Assembly (NCBI GenBank): GCA_964016885.1
Contig: OZ024747.1
Span: 53,320,001-53,384,000, forward strand
DNA: 64,000 nucleotides
From: Eledone cirrhosa
Taxonomy: Eukaryota
Direction: 5' to 3'
Part shown: positions 13,095-26,669 of the stretch, piece after piece
Numbering within the stretch: position 1 is the first letter of the stretch
How the letters are laid out: each line of letters starts with the position of its first letter
Program-made: the position numbers and the translations under genes
The notes under the pieces: generated by a model
The model's input: the letters and a program-made list of their open reading frames with translations, nothing else
What the model was told of the DNA's origin: nothing
The model's database searches: none

Positions 13095-13510
13095 ATGCAA
13101 AGCTGGCAATAGTAACTGGTCAAATATAAAATGTAGGACCAGGCTAGATGTAATATATGCTACCAAATCTGGCAATAAGACCATGCCAGATGTAACATGT
13201 AGCCCCATGCCATCCTCCTGATATAAAATGTAGCCATAATCTGTCTTCCACCAAAACTGGTAATAGAACCAAGCCACATGTGAAATATAGCCATACCCTC
13301 ACCTACGAAACTGTTAACAGATTCAGGCCAGATATAAAATCAATACTTCTCTCAAAGCTGGAAAAGACCAAGGCCAGTTATGAAATGAATCTTAACCTCA
13401 TCCTTAAGTAAGTAACAGGTCCAGGTTTGAGTTAAATTGCATACTTCCCCTCAAAGTAGGTAAAAAATCCAGGAAAAATGTGAAATGTAGCCCATATTTC
13501 AAACTGCTCT
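13095..13510. repeat. Degenerate tandem repeat (CAAAACTGGYAATA..ACCAGGCCAGATRTRAAATGTAGCC-like)
   Basis: About 7-8 diverged units visible. Confidence 0.7.
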
Positions 13511-13884
13511 CAGTGCTAAGTACATATGAATTATGTATGGGCTGAGAATATATACATGTGTATATACATGTGTATATACATGTAGTGTACATGTTGAACG
13601 GTCATCATGTACACTACATGTAACAGAATGGAATAAAAGTAGCTAAACTTGAAGTTAATGGCTCCCCTCAAAATCGTAGGTCCATGCTAAATGACGATCC
13701 CCTCTGAACTGGCCTACTAAGAGGTCAATCATTTACTTTATTGTAATTTTATTGATTTCTAATTTAGGCACAATGACAGCTAATTTAGGGGAAGGGCATA
13801 GTTGATATTGATAAAACCAACTCCAGTGACTGTTACTTTATTTAACAAAATCACTTAATCTTTAACTCTATAAAATACTTCAGC

Positions 13885-14090
13885 AATGGTTCGTATAGTC
13901 ACTGCCTCCGTCCCTCCTGCTCTCCCCATCTCTCACTATTATAAGCAAATGGGGGCCCCCACACTGATCGCCCCATGACCTCATCAGACAGAATAGAGAA
14001 GGCATTACCCCAGAGGGTCGCAAGGGAGACACATTAGAAGAGCTATTCCAGCTCGTGAGGATCACACCTATGGATAGCCAACTTCATGCC
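13885..14090 (+). mobile_element. Interspersed repeat, probably a LINE 5' region
   Basis: CTCTCCCCATCTCTCACTATTA..GACAGAATAGAGAAGGC is shared with 28750-28900 (+) and 61440-61620 (-). Confidence 0.65.
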
Positions 14091-14144
14091 AATGGTGGTG
14101 AGTAGGGAGGTGGTCCTAGGGCCAAGGACACCAGTGATAGAAGG

Positions 14145-15510
14145 GTAGAGTTGATTAAACCACCCACAGTATTTAACTACTAGTTTATTTGGTGGAAGTG
14201 TAGAGTTGATTAAACCACCCACAGTATTTAACTACTAGTTTATTTGGTGGAAGTGTAGAGTTGATTAAACCACCCACAGTATTTAACTACTAGTTTATTT
14301 GGTGGAAGTGTAGAGTTGATTAAACCACCCACAGTATTTAACTACTAGTTTATTTGGTGGAAGTGTAGAGTTGATTAAACCACCCACAGTATTTAACTAC
14401 TAGTTTATTTGGTGGAAGTGTAGAGTTGATTAAAACACCCACAGTATTTAACTACTAGTTTATTTGGTGGAAGTGTAGAGTTGATTAAAACACCCACAGT
14501 ATTTAACTACTAGTTTATTTGGTGGAAGTGTAGAGTTGATTAAACCACCCACAGTATTTAACTACTAGTTTATTTGGTGGAAGTGTAGAGTTGATTAAAA
14601 CACCCACAGTATTTAACTACTAGTTTATTTGTTGGAAGTGTAGAGTTGATTAAACCACCCACAGTATTTAACTATTAGTTTATTTGGTGGAAGTGTAGAG
14701 TTGATTAAACTACCCACAGTATTTAACTACTAGTTTATTTGGTGGAAGTGTAGAGTTGATTAAAACACCCACAGTATTTAACTACTAGTTTATTTGGTGG
14801 AAGTGTAGAGTTGATTAAAACACCCACAGTATTTAACTACTAGTTTATTTGGTGGAAGTGTAGAGTTGATTAAACCACCCACAGTATTTAACTACTAGTT
14901 TATTTGGTGGAAGTGTAGAGTTGATTAAAACACCCACAGTATTTAACTACTAGTTTATTTGGTGGAAGTGTAGAGTTGATTAAACTACCCACAGTATTTA
15001 ACCACTAGTTTATTTGGTGGAAGTGTAGAGTTGATTAAAACACCCACAGTATTTAACTACTAGTTTATTTGGTGGAAGTGTAGAGTTGATTAAACCACCC
15101 ACAGTATTTAACTATTAGTTTATTTGGTGGAAGTGTAGAGTTGATTAAACTACCCACAGTATTTAACTATTAGTTTATTTGGTGGAAGTGTAGAGTTGAT
15201 TAAAACACCCACAGTATTTAACTACTAGTTTATTTGGTGGAAGTGTAGAGTTGATTAAACCACCCACAGTATTTAACTACTAGTTTATTTGGTGGAAGTG
15301 TAGAGTTGATTAAACCACCCACAGTATTTAACTACTAGTTTATTTGGTGGAAGTGTAGAGTTGATTAAACTACCCACAGTATTTAACTACTAGTTTATTT
15401 GGTGGAAGTGTAGAGTTGATTAAACCACCCACAGTATTTAACTACTAGTTTATTTGGTGGAAGTGTTGAGTTGATTAAAACACCCACAGTATTTAACTAC
15501 TAGTTTATTT
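14145..15510. repeat. 55-bp minisatellite, about 25 near-identical units, derived from a SINE A segment
   Basis: GTAGAGTTGATTAAACCACCCACAGTATTTAACTACTAGTTTATTTGGTGGAAGT; period 55; no spacers. Confidence 0.95.
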
Positions 15511-15694
15511 TATTGACTCTAGATGAAAAGTAAAGTTGACCTCAACAAGACGTGACCTCATATTACAGTCAGTACAAACACAATGGTATTTTATCCTGTA
15601 CTCTAACACAATCTGTTAATCAACCATTTTTACTGTTATTTTACTGAAACTTTTTGTTATCTAATTCAGTGATTTGTGAGACATTATATTAGAG

Positions 15695-16535
15695 AGGTTA
15701 ACTTTGCCTTTCATCCTTACGGGGTAGATAAAATAAAGTACCAGTAATATACTGTGTAATTGCTGGCCTTGTGCCAGAAGTAGAAACAATTATATTAGAG
15801 ACAAAGAGTGAGGGGGATGGTGTAAAATATGACTTGGAGGGGGAGAGGGGAGTAATGATGTACTGTAGGACGAGGAGGGGGAGGAATGAGGTACTGTAGG
15901 ATTGGGAGGGGGAGGAATGAGGTACTGTAGGACTGGGAGGGGGAGGAATGAGGTACTGTAGGACTGGGAGGGGGAGGAATGAGTTACTGTAGGACTGGGG
16001 GGAATGAAGTACTGTAAGACTGGGAGGGGGGAATGAGGTGCTGTAGGACTGGGGGAGGGGGAGGAATGAGGTACTGTAAGAATGGGGGGGGGGTAGGAGG
16101 AGAGAATGGTGTGAAAATGATATATTATGAATAATTGTTTCTACATTTGGCACAAGGCCAGCAATTACTCCAGTACATTACTGGTACTTTATTTTATCGA
16201 TCCCGTAAGGATGAAAGGCAAAGTTAACCTCGGCGGGATTTGAACTCAGAACGCAAAGGGCCGTAACTCTATGCTGCAAACCATAGCGTCCAACCCTCTA
16301 CCGATACTGCCAATACACCGCTCTTAAATAATGATTTCCAGTATAGGCACAAGGCCAGTAATTTGGGGGAGGGAAAAGTCGATTAAATCGACCCCAGTAC
16401 GTGACTGGTACTTTATTTTATCGACCCCGTAAGGAAGAAAGGCAAAGTTAACCTTGGAGGGATTTGAACTCAGATCATAAAGGGCCATAACTCTATGCTG
16501 CAAACCATGGCGTCCGATCCTCTACCGATACTGCC
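15695..16535. mobile_element. SINE A copies (15695-15795 +, 16130-16325 -, 16330-16535 -) around a G-rich ~31-bp tandem repeat (15830-16100)
   Basis: Direct matches; repeat unit GGAGGAATGAGGTACTGTAGGACTGGGAGGG. Confidence 0.9.
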
Positions 16536-16865
16536 GATGTGTTATAGACGTATATAACGCATGATAGTGTGGAAAAATGGACGTTGAAGGGTGATGATGA
16601 TGATGATAGAAATAAGAGGGGAGGAATGGTATACTGTAGTAATAACATTTGGGAAGCATTTGTCATGAGCTTGTATACATAAATGTCGTCTATATATTTA
16701 TGTTTAATAAACAACACAAGTTTGTATGTTGTTGACTAATTGTAGAGAGCATTACACGAGACACCTGGCGGCCTGTAAGATACTACTACAACTACACTTT
16801 CACATAACATGAGGTTGTTGACAGATCCATATCTGCATATATACATATACATTGGTGTACATGTG

Positions 16866-16912
<47 letters not shown>

Positions 16913-16974
16913 TGGTGTACATGTGAACATATATACATATATACATAGACATTGGTGTTCATGTGAACATATAC

Positions 16975-17330
16975 ACATCATCATCATCATCAACATCATC
17001 ATCATCACCATTTTACGTCGCTTTTTCCCTGCTTGCAGGGGTGGGACGGGAACTGATTCTGGCTTCATTTCTACAGCTGGATGCCCTTCCTAACACTAAC
17101 CTCATTTACAGTGAGTGCTGGGTGCTTTTTTGCCGTGGAACCTCCACGACCACTTTGCAGTGGAATGATAGGGACCCCAGTCACTATCATCTCATTTCTA
17201 CAGCTGAGTAAACTGGAGCAATGTGAAATAAAGTGTCTTGCTCAAGGAAACAACACATCACCCAGTCTGAGAATTGAACTCACAACCTTTCGATTGCAAG
17301 GTCAATGCTCTAACTACAGAGCCATGTGTC
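16975..17330 (-). mobile_element. SINE family B, full length
   Basis: Reverse complement match to other B copies. Confidence 0.9.
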
Positions 17331-17376
17331 ACACATACATATATATTTACACATCACACATACTGATACAAACACA

Positions 17377-17428
<52 letters not shown>

Positions 17429-17530
17429 ATTATTGCGGTTTAACATCTATTTAAAACTGGTTGTCACGTTCTGAAGCCAGACAGATCAAATGACTGTCGC
17501 ACTTACATATATACATATATATATATATAA

Positions 17531-17562
<32 letters not shown>

Positions 17563-17564
<2 letters not shown>

Positions 17565-18175
17565 GGTGGCTGCCAACTCGTTTTCGAGTACGGCCACTAC
17601 TTTATATCCATGTAGGAGAACCCCTACTGATGCGCTGAACGAGTGTGACTTTTTAGTCTCAGCCAGCGACTTGAAAACTCTGGTACAAACACTACACTTG
17701 TGACAATTATTGACACATAGTGCTGGGCCCATGGTACCATGTGATGACAAGTGCAGAGAGATCTCCAGATATAAAGCAATGCCTGTGCCGTGAAGCTTTT
17801 ATAGTGAGCAAAGGCACTGCACAAAGCCAGTCCCACTCTCTTAACCAAGATGATATTTACCAAAAAGAAGAACAATTCAACATCATTGGATACCATCAGG
17901 GTTGCAGGTGTTATATCAGAGTTTTCCTTCTCCTAGAATTCTGCCTTGACAAAGGCTAAGGGGTCATCTCTCCCGGTGATTTTGGATGGCCATTGACTCT
18001 TAAGAGCTCCTTTGCCCTTTGACAGGTTTTGTTTTTAGTCCTGCAGGATGTCCAAAGTCACCCTCCTCACCAAGAAACCTTGGTGGGGTTGCCAGTTTAG
18101 TCGCCAACAACCCGACCATGAGACAGGTTGTACTGGGATACATGTTACCAGTAGCACCAACTGGTGACCTGACAT
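17563..18175 (-). mobile_element. Internally deleted RTE-like LINE: 5'UTR-like part joined to a C-terminal C2H2 finger and 3' end, (TA)n-flanked
   Basis: Frameshifted CSVCTRVFKSLA.LKSHTRSAH zinc finger; 5' motif GACTAAACTGGCAACCCC...AAAACAAAACCTGTCAAAGGGC resembles RTE leaders. Confidence 0.6.
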
Positions 18176-18237
18176 AATATGTATATATATATGCGTGTGT
18201 GTGTATATATATACATATATATATACACACACACGTA

Positions 18238-18275
<38 letters not shown>

Positions 18276-18335
18276 TATATACACACACACGTATATATAT
18301 ATATATATATATATACATATATATATACAAACACA

Positions 18336-18375
<40 letters not shown>

Positions 18376-18653
18376 TATATACACACACACGCATATATAT
18401 ATACATATACATACACACACATATACACACAATCATATATACATACACACACACACATATATACATACATATACATACATACACACATATATACATATGC
18501 ACACATATATACATACATATACACAAATGTGCATACATACACACACACACTCACATATATATATACATATATACATATACATTGGTGTACATGTGAACAT
18601 ATATATATACATATACATAGACATTGGTGTTCATATATACATGCATATATACA

Positions 18654-18697
<44 letters not shown>

Positions 18698-19141
18698 ACA
18701 TGGGGTTGTGGACAGGCACATGTATACATAATGTACATATTTTCATACATGTAGACACACACACAATAATAAACAAACGTGTAAATAGAATATCATCACT
18801 ATCTCCTTCCCCCAGCATCAACACCATCACAGGCACCACCCCACTACCACTGACACCACCCCACAGCCACTAACAACAACAGCCCCCTATCCCTTCGCCT
18901 GCCCCCCATACTAGTTCTTTGTCAAGAATCCACTCCAACTTTAACCTAACACTGCATGTTATTTTCTTCAGTCTCTGGGCCACACCCTAAACACACACAC
19001 ACACACACACTTTCTCTCTCTCACACACACACGCATATATATATATATATTTGCATGCGTGTATGTGTGTGCGTGTTATTTAAAGATATATTAGCCCAAC
19101 AGTTAAGCTTAACTGTAGGGCTAATATGTCAATTAGTGACA

Positions 19142-19174
<33 letters not shown>

Positions 19175-19184
19175 ACATATATCT

Positions 19185-19350
19185 ATCTATCTAAGGCGGG
19201 TAAAATTCCCGAGATCCATGGACGAGTTCTCTCCAGCGATCTCTGTCCCTCATTATCGCTGCCATATCCTGCATCTCCAACAGACCAGTGTCTGTCCTTA
19301 GGGCATCAACATATGTTAACCTTGGTCTTCCTCTTCTAGTGTGTCCATGT
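19185..19350 (-). mobile_element. RTE LINE 3' end fragment
   Basis: HGHTRRGRPRLTYVDALRTDTGL..MRDRDRWRELV followed by a (TAGA)n tail. Confidence 0.85.
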
Positions 19351-19600
19351 ATATATATATATATAGTAATAATTGTTTCTACTTTTGGCACAAGGCCAGC
19401 AATTACCCAGTGTATTACTGGTACTTTATTTTATCGACCCCGTAAGGATGAAAGGCAAAGTTAACCTCGGCGGGATTTGAACTCAGAATAGTAATAATAA
19501 ACATTATATATATATATACGTTATTCCGGGTTGAATCGGAGGTAACCACCGTAATTAAGGTACTCAATACATAGCAGAGTATAAAAGTTTTAATATAGAT

Positions 19601-19750
<150 letters not shown>

Positions 19751-19976
19751 GTTTATGGGTGTAAACGACAGAAAAATACAATGAATATATAATGTGGAAG
19801 TTGAGACTATATATTAAAAGTTTTATTTAACAACGTATTACATGCAATTTCTGCCCAGTCAATATATATACCCCCCCCCCTCTCTCGCTCTCATATACAT
19901 ACATACATACATACATACATACATACATACATACATACATACATACATACTTATATACACATACATATATACACAC

Positions 19977-20004
<28 letters not shown>

Positions 20005-20008
<4 letters not shown>

Positions 20009-20097
20009 GAGAGACGTAAAATAAGAAAATTATAAAATTAACTTACTTTTAGTAAGTAAGTTAATTTTATAATTTTCTTATTTTACGTCTCTCATAT
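20005..20097. repeat. Near-perfect fold-back palindrome abutting (TA)n
   Basis: ATATGAGAGACGTAAAATAAG...CTTATTTTACGTCTCTCATAT; loop about 5 nt. Confidence 0.9.
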
Positions 20098-20208
20098 TAT
20101 TGTTCTGCAACCCCATGCATTGAACCACATTGTTAATAAGACAAAACCTATATATTTGCTAGCATCGATATGCAGCTGTGTGTATATAAATGTTACTAGA
20201 TATAAATT

Positions 20209-20270
<62 letters not shown>

Positions 20271-20709
20271 GAATAATCGAGTATCGAAAAATCGGCGCCG
20301 AGTTCACGATAAACAAAATTCGAGATGAGCGGCAGAGGGCTCCATAATTCAAATAAATCAGAGCTATAACTATCGTTAAAATACCGTCACACGTAGAATA
20401 TGTCTACAATCAACCAAATAACCGAAAAATTGCGATATGGAAGATTCGGGACACTCAGATAAATTATCAATAAATCAATAAATGAAATGAATGTAATATA
20501 TATTTCGTTTCTGAATTTGTTTAGCAAGATTCTTTATCTTAAATCGTGTGTTGAAACCGATATTGTTATACTTTGGGAGGGTCATGTTGCCAATAAGAAA
20601 CACACGCACCAGTTGCTTTCACTTCAATTTATTAAATATTTATAAATTTACAAATTTATAAATTTCTGGTTGGTTGGTTGGTTCCACAACCAGATAGTTG
20701 TTTATATAT

Positions 20710-20754
20710 AGTCATAGTCCTTTCGTCACACACTCTGTGACCTCTTCAGTGACT
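20710..20754 (-). ncRNA. Minimal type I hammerhead ribozyme in the PLE pLTR
   Basis: rc: AGTCA CTGAAGA GGTCAC-AGAGTGT-GTGAC GAAA GGAC TA TGACT. Confidence 0.85.
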
Positions 20755-20962
20755 GGGGATTCCTTTCTTTGTTTCTGTGCCTCTCCTTTGTTCTGTCCTA
20801 CGCCATTTTGTTTCTGTGTGTGTGTTGTGTGCTCAGTTTGCGCATGCGCCACATCCGGGTGTCTGTGTGTGTTTATGTTCATTTATCTATTTGTTTATTT
20901 ATTTATTTACATGTTATTGGTTGGTTGTTTGTTCTATGTGTGTGTGTGTTTTCATTTTGTCC

Positions 20963-21345
20963 TTAATTGTAAGTTGTGATGTTGCTGTTCCACTCATATT
21001 TTCTATTTAATTTTGGTTGTAATTCTTTTATGTTTATTGCCTCTGTAATTTGTCTAAACATTGCATCTTTTCTGTGTGTAGATTCTATTTTTATTTCTAT
21101 GTTCTCTAATTTACCCTTGTGTTCTATCTTAGCATGTTGGTAGAGTACAGATGATTCTTTATTATCTTGAAGGTCTCGCCAGTGTTCATTTATCCGTTCC
21201 CCTATACTACGAGCTGTCTCACCTATGTACACTATATTTTTGTTTCTACATTGTCCTTCAGTACATCTTATGCTATACACTACATTTCTAGTTTTACAGT
21301 TAATATGGGGGCTTATTTTACAGGTTATACATTTCTTATCTATAC
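20963..21345 (-). pseudogene. PLE Cys-rich linker plus GIY-YIG endonuclease fragment
   Basis: CIDKKCITCKISPHINCKTRNVVYSIRC...YIGETARSIGERINEH...RQITEAINIKELQPKLNRKYEW. Confidence 0.9.
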
Positions 21346-21665
21346 ATGAGGGTCTTTTCTTGTCTGTAAAATCTGTCCAGCAAGCAATTTTTTCCTGGGA
21401 TATTCTAACCGCATGCCCGTAATATCGGAGCTGTCATATCTCTTTTCGGAGAAGTAACGGCTCTACTTGAAGTGACACTCGGATTTCCGAGCTACACACT
21501 CTATGGAGTAAAGTCATTCCAAAGACCTTTCGGAGGATTCATGACCATAGGTAGAATTGAAGATAGCGAATTTAGAATCAATCAATATGTATAGAGGGAG
21601 CCTATATGTTCTGTTGTCTTTCATGCTTGATGTCGCCCCAGTCCGTAAGGTGTAACAGGTAAAAA
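21345..21665 (-). mobile_element. Decayed RTE-like LINE fragment
   Basis: YGHES motif; similar to 57420-57750. Confidence 0.65.
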
Positions 21666-21889
21666 AGAAACATAAAGTTCCAGTCAAGCACAGAAGATGG
21701 ATATCATTTGCATGTACATAAACACACACATTAACTTACTTTTTCTTCCACCAATTCCACAAAAATAATTAAATAAATAAAATTTCTAGTTTTATGCTCA
21801 TGCTAGAAATAATTATCCATTATATTCATCTTACATTCACAAACTTCAGGAAACTCCAAACTGTGAAGAAACCTCACCCACACACATAA

Positions 21890-22098
21890 ACACTAACTCT
21901 CCCTCTTTCTCACACACACTAAATCTCTCTCTCACAAACTAACTCACATACACACACACCAAATCTCTCTCTCTCTCTCACAAACTAACTCACATACACA
22001 CACACTAAATCTCTCTCTCTCTCACAAACTAACTCACATACACACACACTAAGTCTCTCTCTCTCACACACACTAACTCACATACACACACACTAACG

Positions 22099-22130
<32 letters not shown>

Positions 22131-22180
22131 CTATCTCACATACACACACACTAACGCTCTCTCTCTCTTACACACACACT
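21890..22180. repeat. Higher-order (CA)n/(CT)n composite repeat
   Basis: Unit ~CACAAACTAACTCACATACACACACACTAAATCTCTCTCT, about 6 copies. Confidence 0.8.
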
Positions 22181-22294
22181 TACTAAGTTACATATATTTA
22201 AATGGGATTATTCTGCAGTGGTGAAAACAAAAACAAAACCAAAACCAAAAGAAACATGAATCATCCCCTCCACCTTACCGCCCTTCCCCCTATA

Positions 22295-22359
<65 letters not shown>

Positions 22360-23563
22360 TGATGAATAAAAAATACAACAAAACTAGAATTAAGAAAATA
22401 GAAAAGAATTTAGAAAATGGAGGCAGCATTTCAATTATTTCTGGTGAGTTCTTGACGAAACAATGAAAGAGCCAAATAGTTACTAAGATAACAAGGAATG
22501 GGGGTTGTTTTATTTATTATGCAACAGAAACCACAGCTTTTAAAAACAGTTTGGAATCAATTCTGACCATGGAAAGACAACACTAGAAAATAAAATGAAA
22601 GACATTTGTTTATATTTCAACAAACTGCTAATCCCATCACTTTATTTCCTCACATCACTACATTGGTGATGTTTCAGCTTTTGTTGGTAGTTCTTTATAG
22701 TAGGTGTTGTTTGACGTTTTGTTGTATAGCTGTTTGTAGTTTGTTGTTAGTTCTATGTAGTTTGTTGTTGGAGGTTTTGTTGTATAGCTGTATGTGGTTT
22801 GTTGTTAGTTGTTTCAACATATATTCTCGTTTCTCTAAAAAAAAAAAAAAAAAAATTAAAAGAAAATCGCTAAAAAAAGATGAAATTAGATTATGTAAGC
22901 TCACAGCCATGGTGGATGTTACGACTGCGAAGTAAGTCAATTTAATATACATTGGCGTCGTTCGTAAAAGACAAGACAATCCAACATGCTGTGAAGGAAA
23001 GTCGATGACTAGAATAACTTAAAACATACTAAAGCCCTTGATACAGCAGTTTTCCTGTCTTCACAACTAACTTTACCAAAAATACCGAGTGGCGAGCAGA
23101 ACACGTTCTTGCTATTTCTGTATTTCTACCATATTTTCTTTTGTTGTCTTCTTACCATTCTTCTTCTTCTTCTACTACTACTACTACTACTACTACTACT
23201 CCTTCCCCTACCACCACAACCAGCATTACCACCGCCACTACTACAACTTTCACTGCCACTACAACTACCAATACTACTATTACCACTACTACTTCTAATA
23301 TCACCACCACCGCCACTACTATTACTACCACCAACAAACTATCGTCATCATCATCATCATCATCAATGTCCTCACTGGATTCAATAATTATTTCTACTAT
23401 CTTTGAGAATGTAATGAATGACAATCTGATTTCTTCGAAAATCAAAGATGGAAACCATTTCTATACTCTAATATATTTATACACTTTGTATTTCCTCATG
23501 CATCGAGTGTTTTCCAGATTTGTGGTCTTCTCGACCTTTGCACCACACACACACACACACGGG

Positions 23564-23675
<112 letters not shown>

Positions 23676-24087
23676 GTGTTATGTAGAGAGAGAGACAGAC
23701 ACAGGCTAGTCGGTTTCGGATTCAGTTCAAATGTATGGCACATTGGGCGTGTCTTCTCCAATAGTCTTAGCTTGACCAGTGTCTTGTGAGTGAATTTGGT
23801 AGACAGTAACTATATATATATATATATATATATATAAATGAAAGTATAGAAATTATTGTGAGCGTGAAGCCAATAGTATTTCATAATATATAAGTGACTA
23901 TAACGTCAAAATGGAAAAATAGTTAACGTAAGATGTGGGAAAATAATTCAAACTCAATTAAAAAAAAAATCAAGACATTGACTTATCCACAGAATTTTGT
24001 GAAATCCAGGGAAAAATCAATAGAGCCTTAATTCAGAATAAAATAAAGTCTAAATACTCATCCTACAATTTGGAAAATCTACAAATG

Positions 24088-24140
<53 letters not shown>

Positions 24141-24191
24141 GATCAAAAGATGGTTAAAAAGATAAAAGATGGTTAAAAAGATAAAAGATGG

Positions 24192-24254
24192 TTATTATGC
24201 GCATTTCAAAAACAAATATCATCATGAGATGATATCTGCGTTTTCATCAGATAA
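24192..24254 (-). ncRNA. Minimal type I hammerhead ribozyme in a ~240-bp (TA)n-flanked insert (24132-24370)
   Basis: rc: TTAT CTGATGA AAACGCAGATATCATC-TCAT-GATGATATTTGTTTTT GAAA TGCGCA TA ATAA; long stem II, palindromic loop III. Confidence 0.85.
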
Positions 24255-24996
24255 AATAGGGATACATGATATGAAGGTTAAAAAACACTTGTGAATAGTG
24301 AAGTTTTAAATCAACATACGATATTTGCATTGCTTTATTGTGCTACAATAAATCTCACCTCCTACATTATATATATATATATATATATATATATCTGTGT
24401 GCCCGTGTGGTTCGACAAAAAGAAATCAATAAAATAATATTTTTTCTATCAGTCACGAGTGAAGTAAAGGAAGAAGCGACGGGAAAAAAATAAAATGAAA
24501 TTAAGAAGATTATAGTAGAACGGTTTAAATAAAATATTCAAATGTCTCGGCAAAAATGACCTCGAATGATGATTAAAATCTGATCCAGAAACCTTTTCAC
24601 GTATAGCTAGAAAGGTCGAAGAAAATACACATGCAAATTTTCAGGCAATTGAATATTGAAAATATCGATAAAAATCGGATCAATATAATCGATTATGTCA
24701 TAGTGCATATTTACAGCGAAGGGAAAATTGTATGTTTATATATATATATAAAAAAAAAAAGAAACTATACCTTAAATTTCAAGCCATCGATTATGTTACC
24801 AGTTTGTTAATAACTAAATTTAGGAACGAAATGATTTTAAAAATATGATAAAAATGTAGGTGCACCAGCATGGTCTCAGCCTGTCGACTGGAATATGTAA
24901 CAGAATAATAATATCGAAGACATGTTCATTGAAAGAAAAAACAGAATATTATAAATATCTCAGGAAGTAGTACGATTTCAACGTACTAGATGTATG

Positions 24997-25034
<38 letters not shown>

Positions 25035-25395
25035 ATAATTGTTTCTACTTTTGACACAAGGCCAGCAATTATACCAGTGTATTACTGGTACTTTATTTTA
25101 TCGACCCCGTAAGGATGAAAGGCAAAGTTAACCTCGGCAGGATTTGAACTCAGACCATAAAGGGCCGTAACTCTATGCTGCAAGGCATGGTGTCAGACCC
25201 TCTACCGATACTCCCAATCCACAATAATATGTGCAAGTCAAACATATTAAAGTTGGCTTCCTGGAAAAAGTGGCATCCTTGGTGAACGAAGCCAACTTTA
25301 ATATGTTTTACTTAATCCTTACGGGGGTCGATAAAATAAAGTACCAGTAATGCACTGGGTAATTGCTGGCCTTGTGCCTAAAGTAGAAACAATTA
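25035..25395. mobile_element. Two diverging SINE A copies (25035-25222 -, 25315-25395 +) with a small inverted repeat between them
   Basis: Direct matches; IR AAACATATTAAAGTTGGCTTC...GAAGCCAACTTTAATATGTTT at ~25240-25310. Confidence 0.85.
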
Positions 25396-25494
25396 TTTTA
25401 CATTACTCCGGAGTAAACAAACCAGCCTGCTTACTTCGTCGAGTGCTCCAACCTTCATACTGAGGTGTCGGTAAACAACCAACACATACTCAAC

Positions 25495-25581
<87 letters not shown>

Positions 25582-25773
25582 GGGGGGGGGGCGGAATTGG
25601 AAATGAAATAGCACGAAAATTATATTTAAAGGATCTGTTTTTCGTGCTATTTCATCCCCCCCCCCCTCTCTTTCTTTTTTTCTTCTTTGATCCGTCAAAG
25701 TGACATTATTGAAAAAAATGAGAGAAACAATTTTTTTTAAAAAAGGACTTTTATAACGTATATAAAATATATA

Positions 25774-25820
25774 GAATATAACCGGTTTCGATGTATCAGT
25801 GTAATTCATCTCATCAAAGA
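25774..25820 (-). ncRNA. Degenerate hammerhead motif
   Basis: rc: TTGATGA GATG...CATC GAAA CCGG TT; stem I does not form. Confidence 0.45.
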
Positions 25821-25964
25821 AGACAAACAGATCTTTTAAATATATTTTTCACGCTATTTCTAATCCCACTTTTACTCTATAACCCCCGTTTTGTATAGAA
25901 CCTTACTCCCTTTTCAAATTATATATATATACCATATATATATATATATATATCGTATATATAT

Positions 25965-26545
25965 ATAATTTATTTTAGGTTGTTTACCAATAGGTAGAAC
26001 TTGTTGTTCGGGTTGGTAAACAATGATGCAACAAATTAATTAAAGCACTCAACGTTATGCAAATCATCCATCGTAGATGTGTTATCTAGTAATTGGAGCG
26101 GGGAAAGAGTAAAGAATTTATTCAAACAACAACAGCAGGCCGGACTGGAAAATTTACTTTAGAATTTTAATTCTCCGAAAGCACTTTACATATTTCGATG
26201 GTCAGGCTCTATCATCCAATTATGATGCAAACCAGAACGACCTCATCAGGTGTTATTTGCAGAATTATATAACAGGATTACATTGAAACCAAACATAGAA
26301 TGGAAGATAAGAGACAGAGAAAAAAGATAAAAAATTCGATTCGGGGACAGCCTGCAAATATGGTTTTATATCGATAGCAGAGGGTCCCCGAATATATATA
26401 CACAGTGACGGTCTGAGAAACGAGAGCATATTTAAGAAAAAAACACCAGGACTTAAACGACTTTACATAGAATGTTGTAATGAAGGAATTATCAAATTTA
26501 ACATATGTAATATTAACCACGTATTTTTGACGCGTACTATGCTAG
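25965..26545 (-). mobile_element. (TA)n-flanked pLTR-like insert with degenerate hammerhead (26182-26252)
   Basis: rc: CAC CTGATGA GGTC...GACC ATC GAAA TATGTA AA GTG; 3' part is homologous to 29800-29900. Confidence 0.6.
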
Positions 26546-26559
26546 TATATATATGTATG

Positions 26560-26669
<110 letters not shown>

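Larger units (their letters stand above)
20268..21345 (-). mobile_element. 5'-truncated Penelope-like element: GIY-YIG endonuclease, 3' pLTR with hammerhead, ending at (TA)n
   Basis: GIY-YIG peptide at 20963-21345; hammerhead at 20710-20754 on the same strand. Confidence 0.85.

Noticed and set aside
13975-13990. CTGATGA on the minus strand; also at 11261, 12747, 31574 and 44568
   Set aside because: No appropriately placed stem II, GAAA and stem I
14145-15510. CRISPR-like regular array
   Set aside because: Units are contiguous with no unique spacers, there are no cas genes, and the unit is SINE-derived
18000-18873. Long ORFs ([12 protein letters not shown]-rich), likewise at 46911-47488, 51649-52326, 59360-59781 and 60457-61146
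   Set aside because: Translations of stop-free microsatellites
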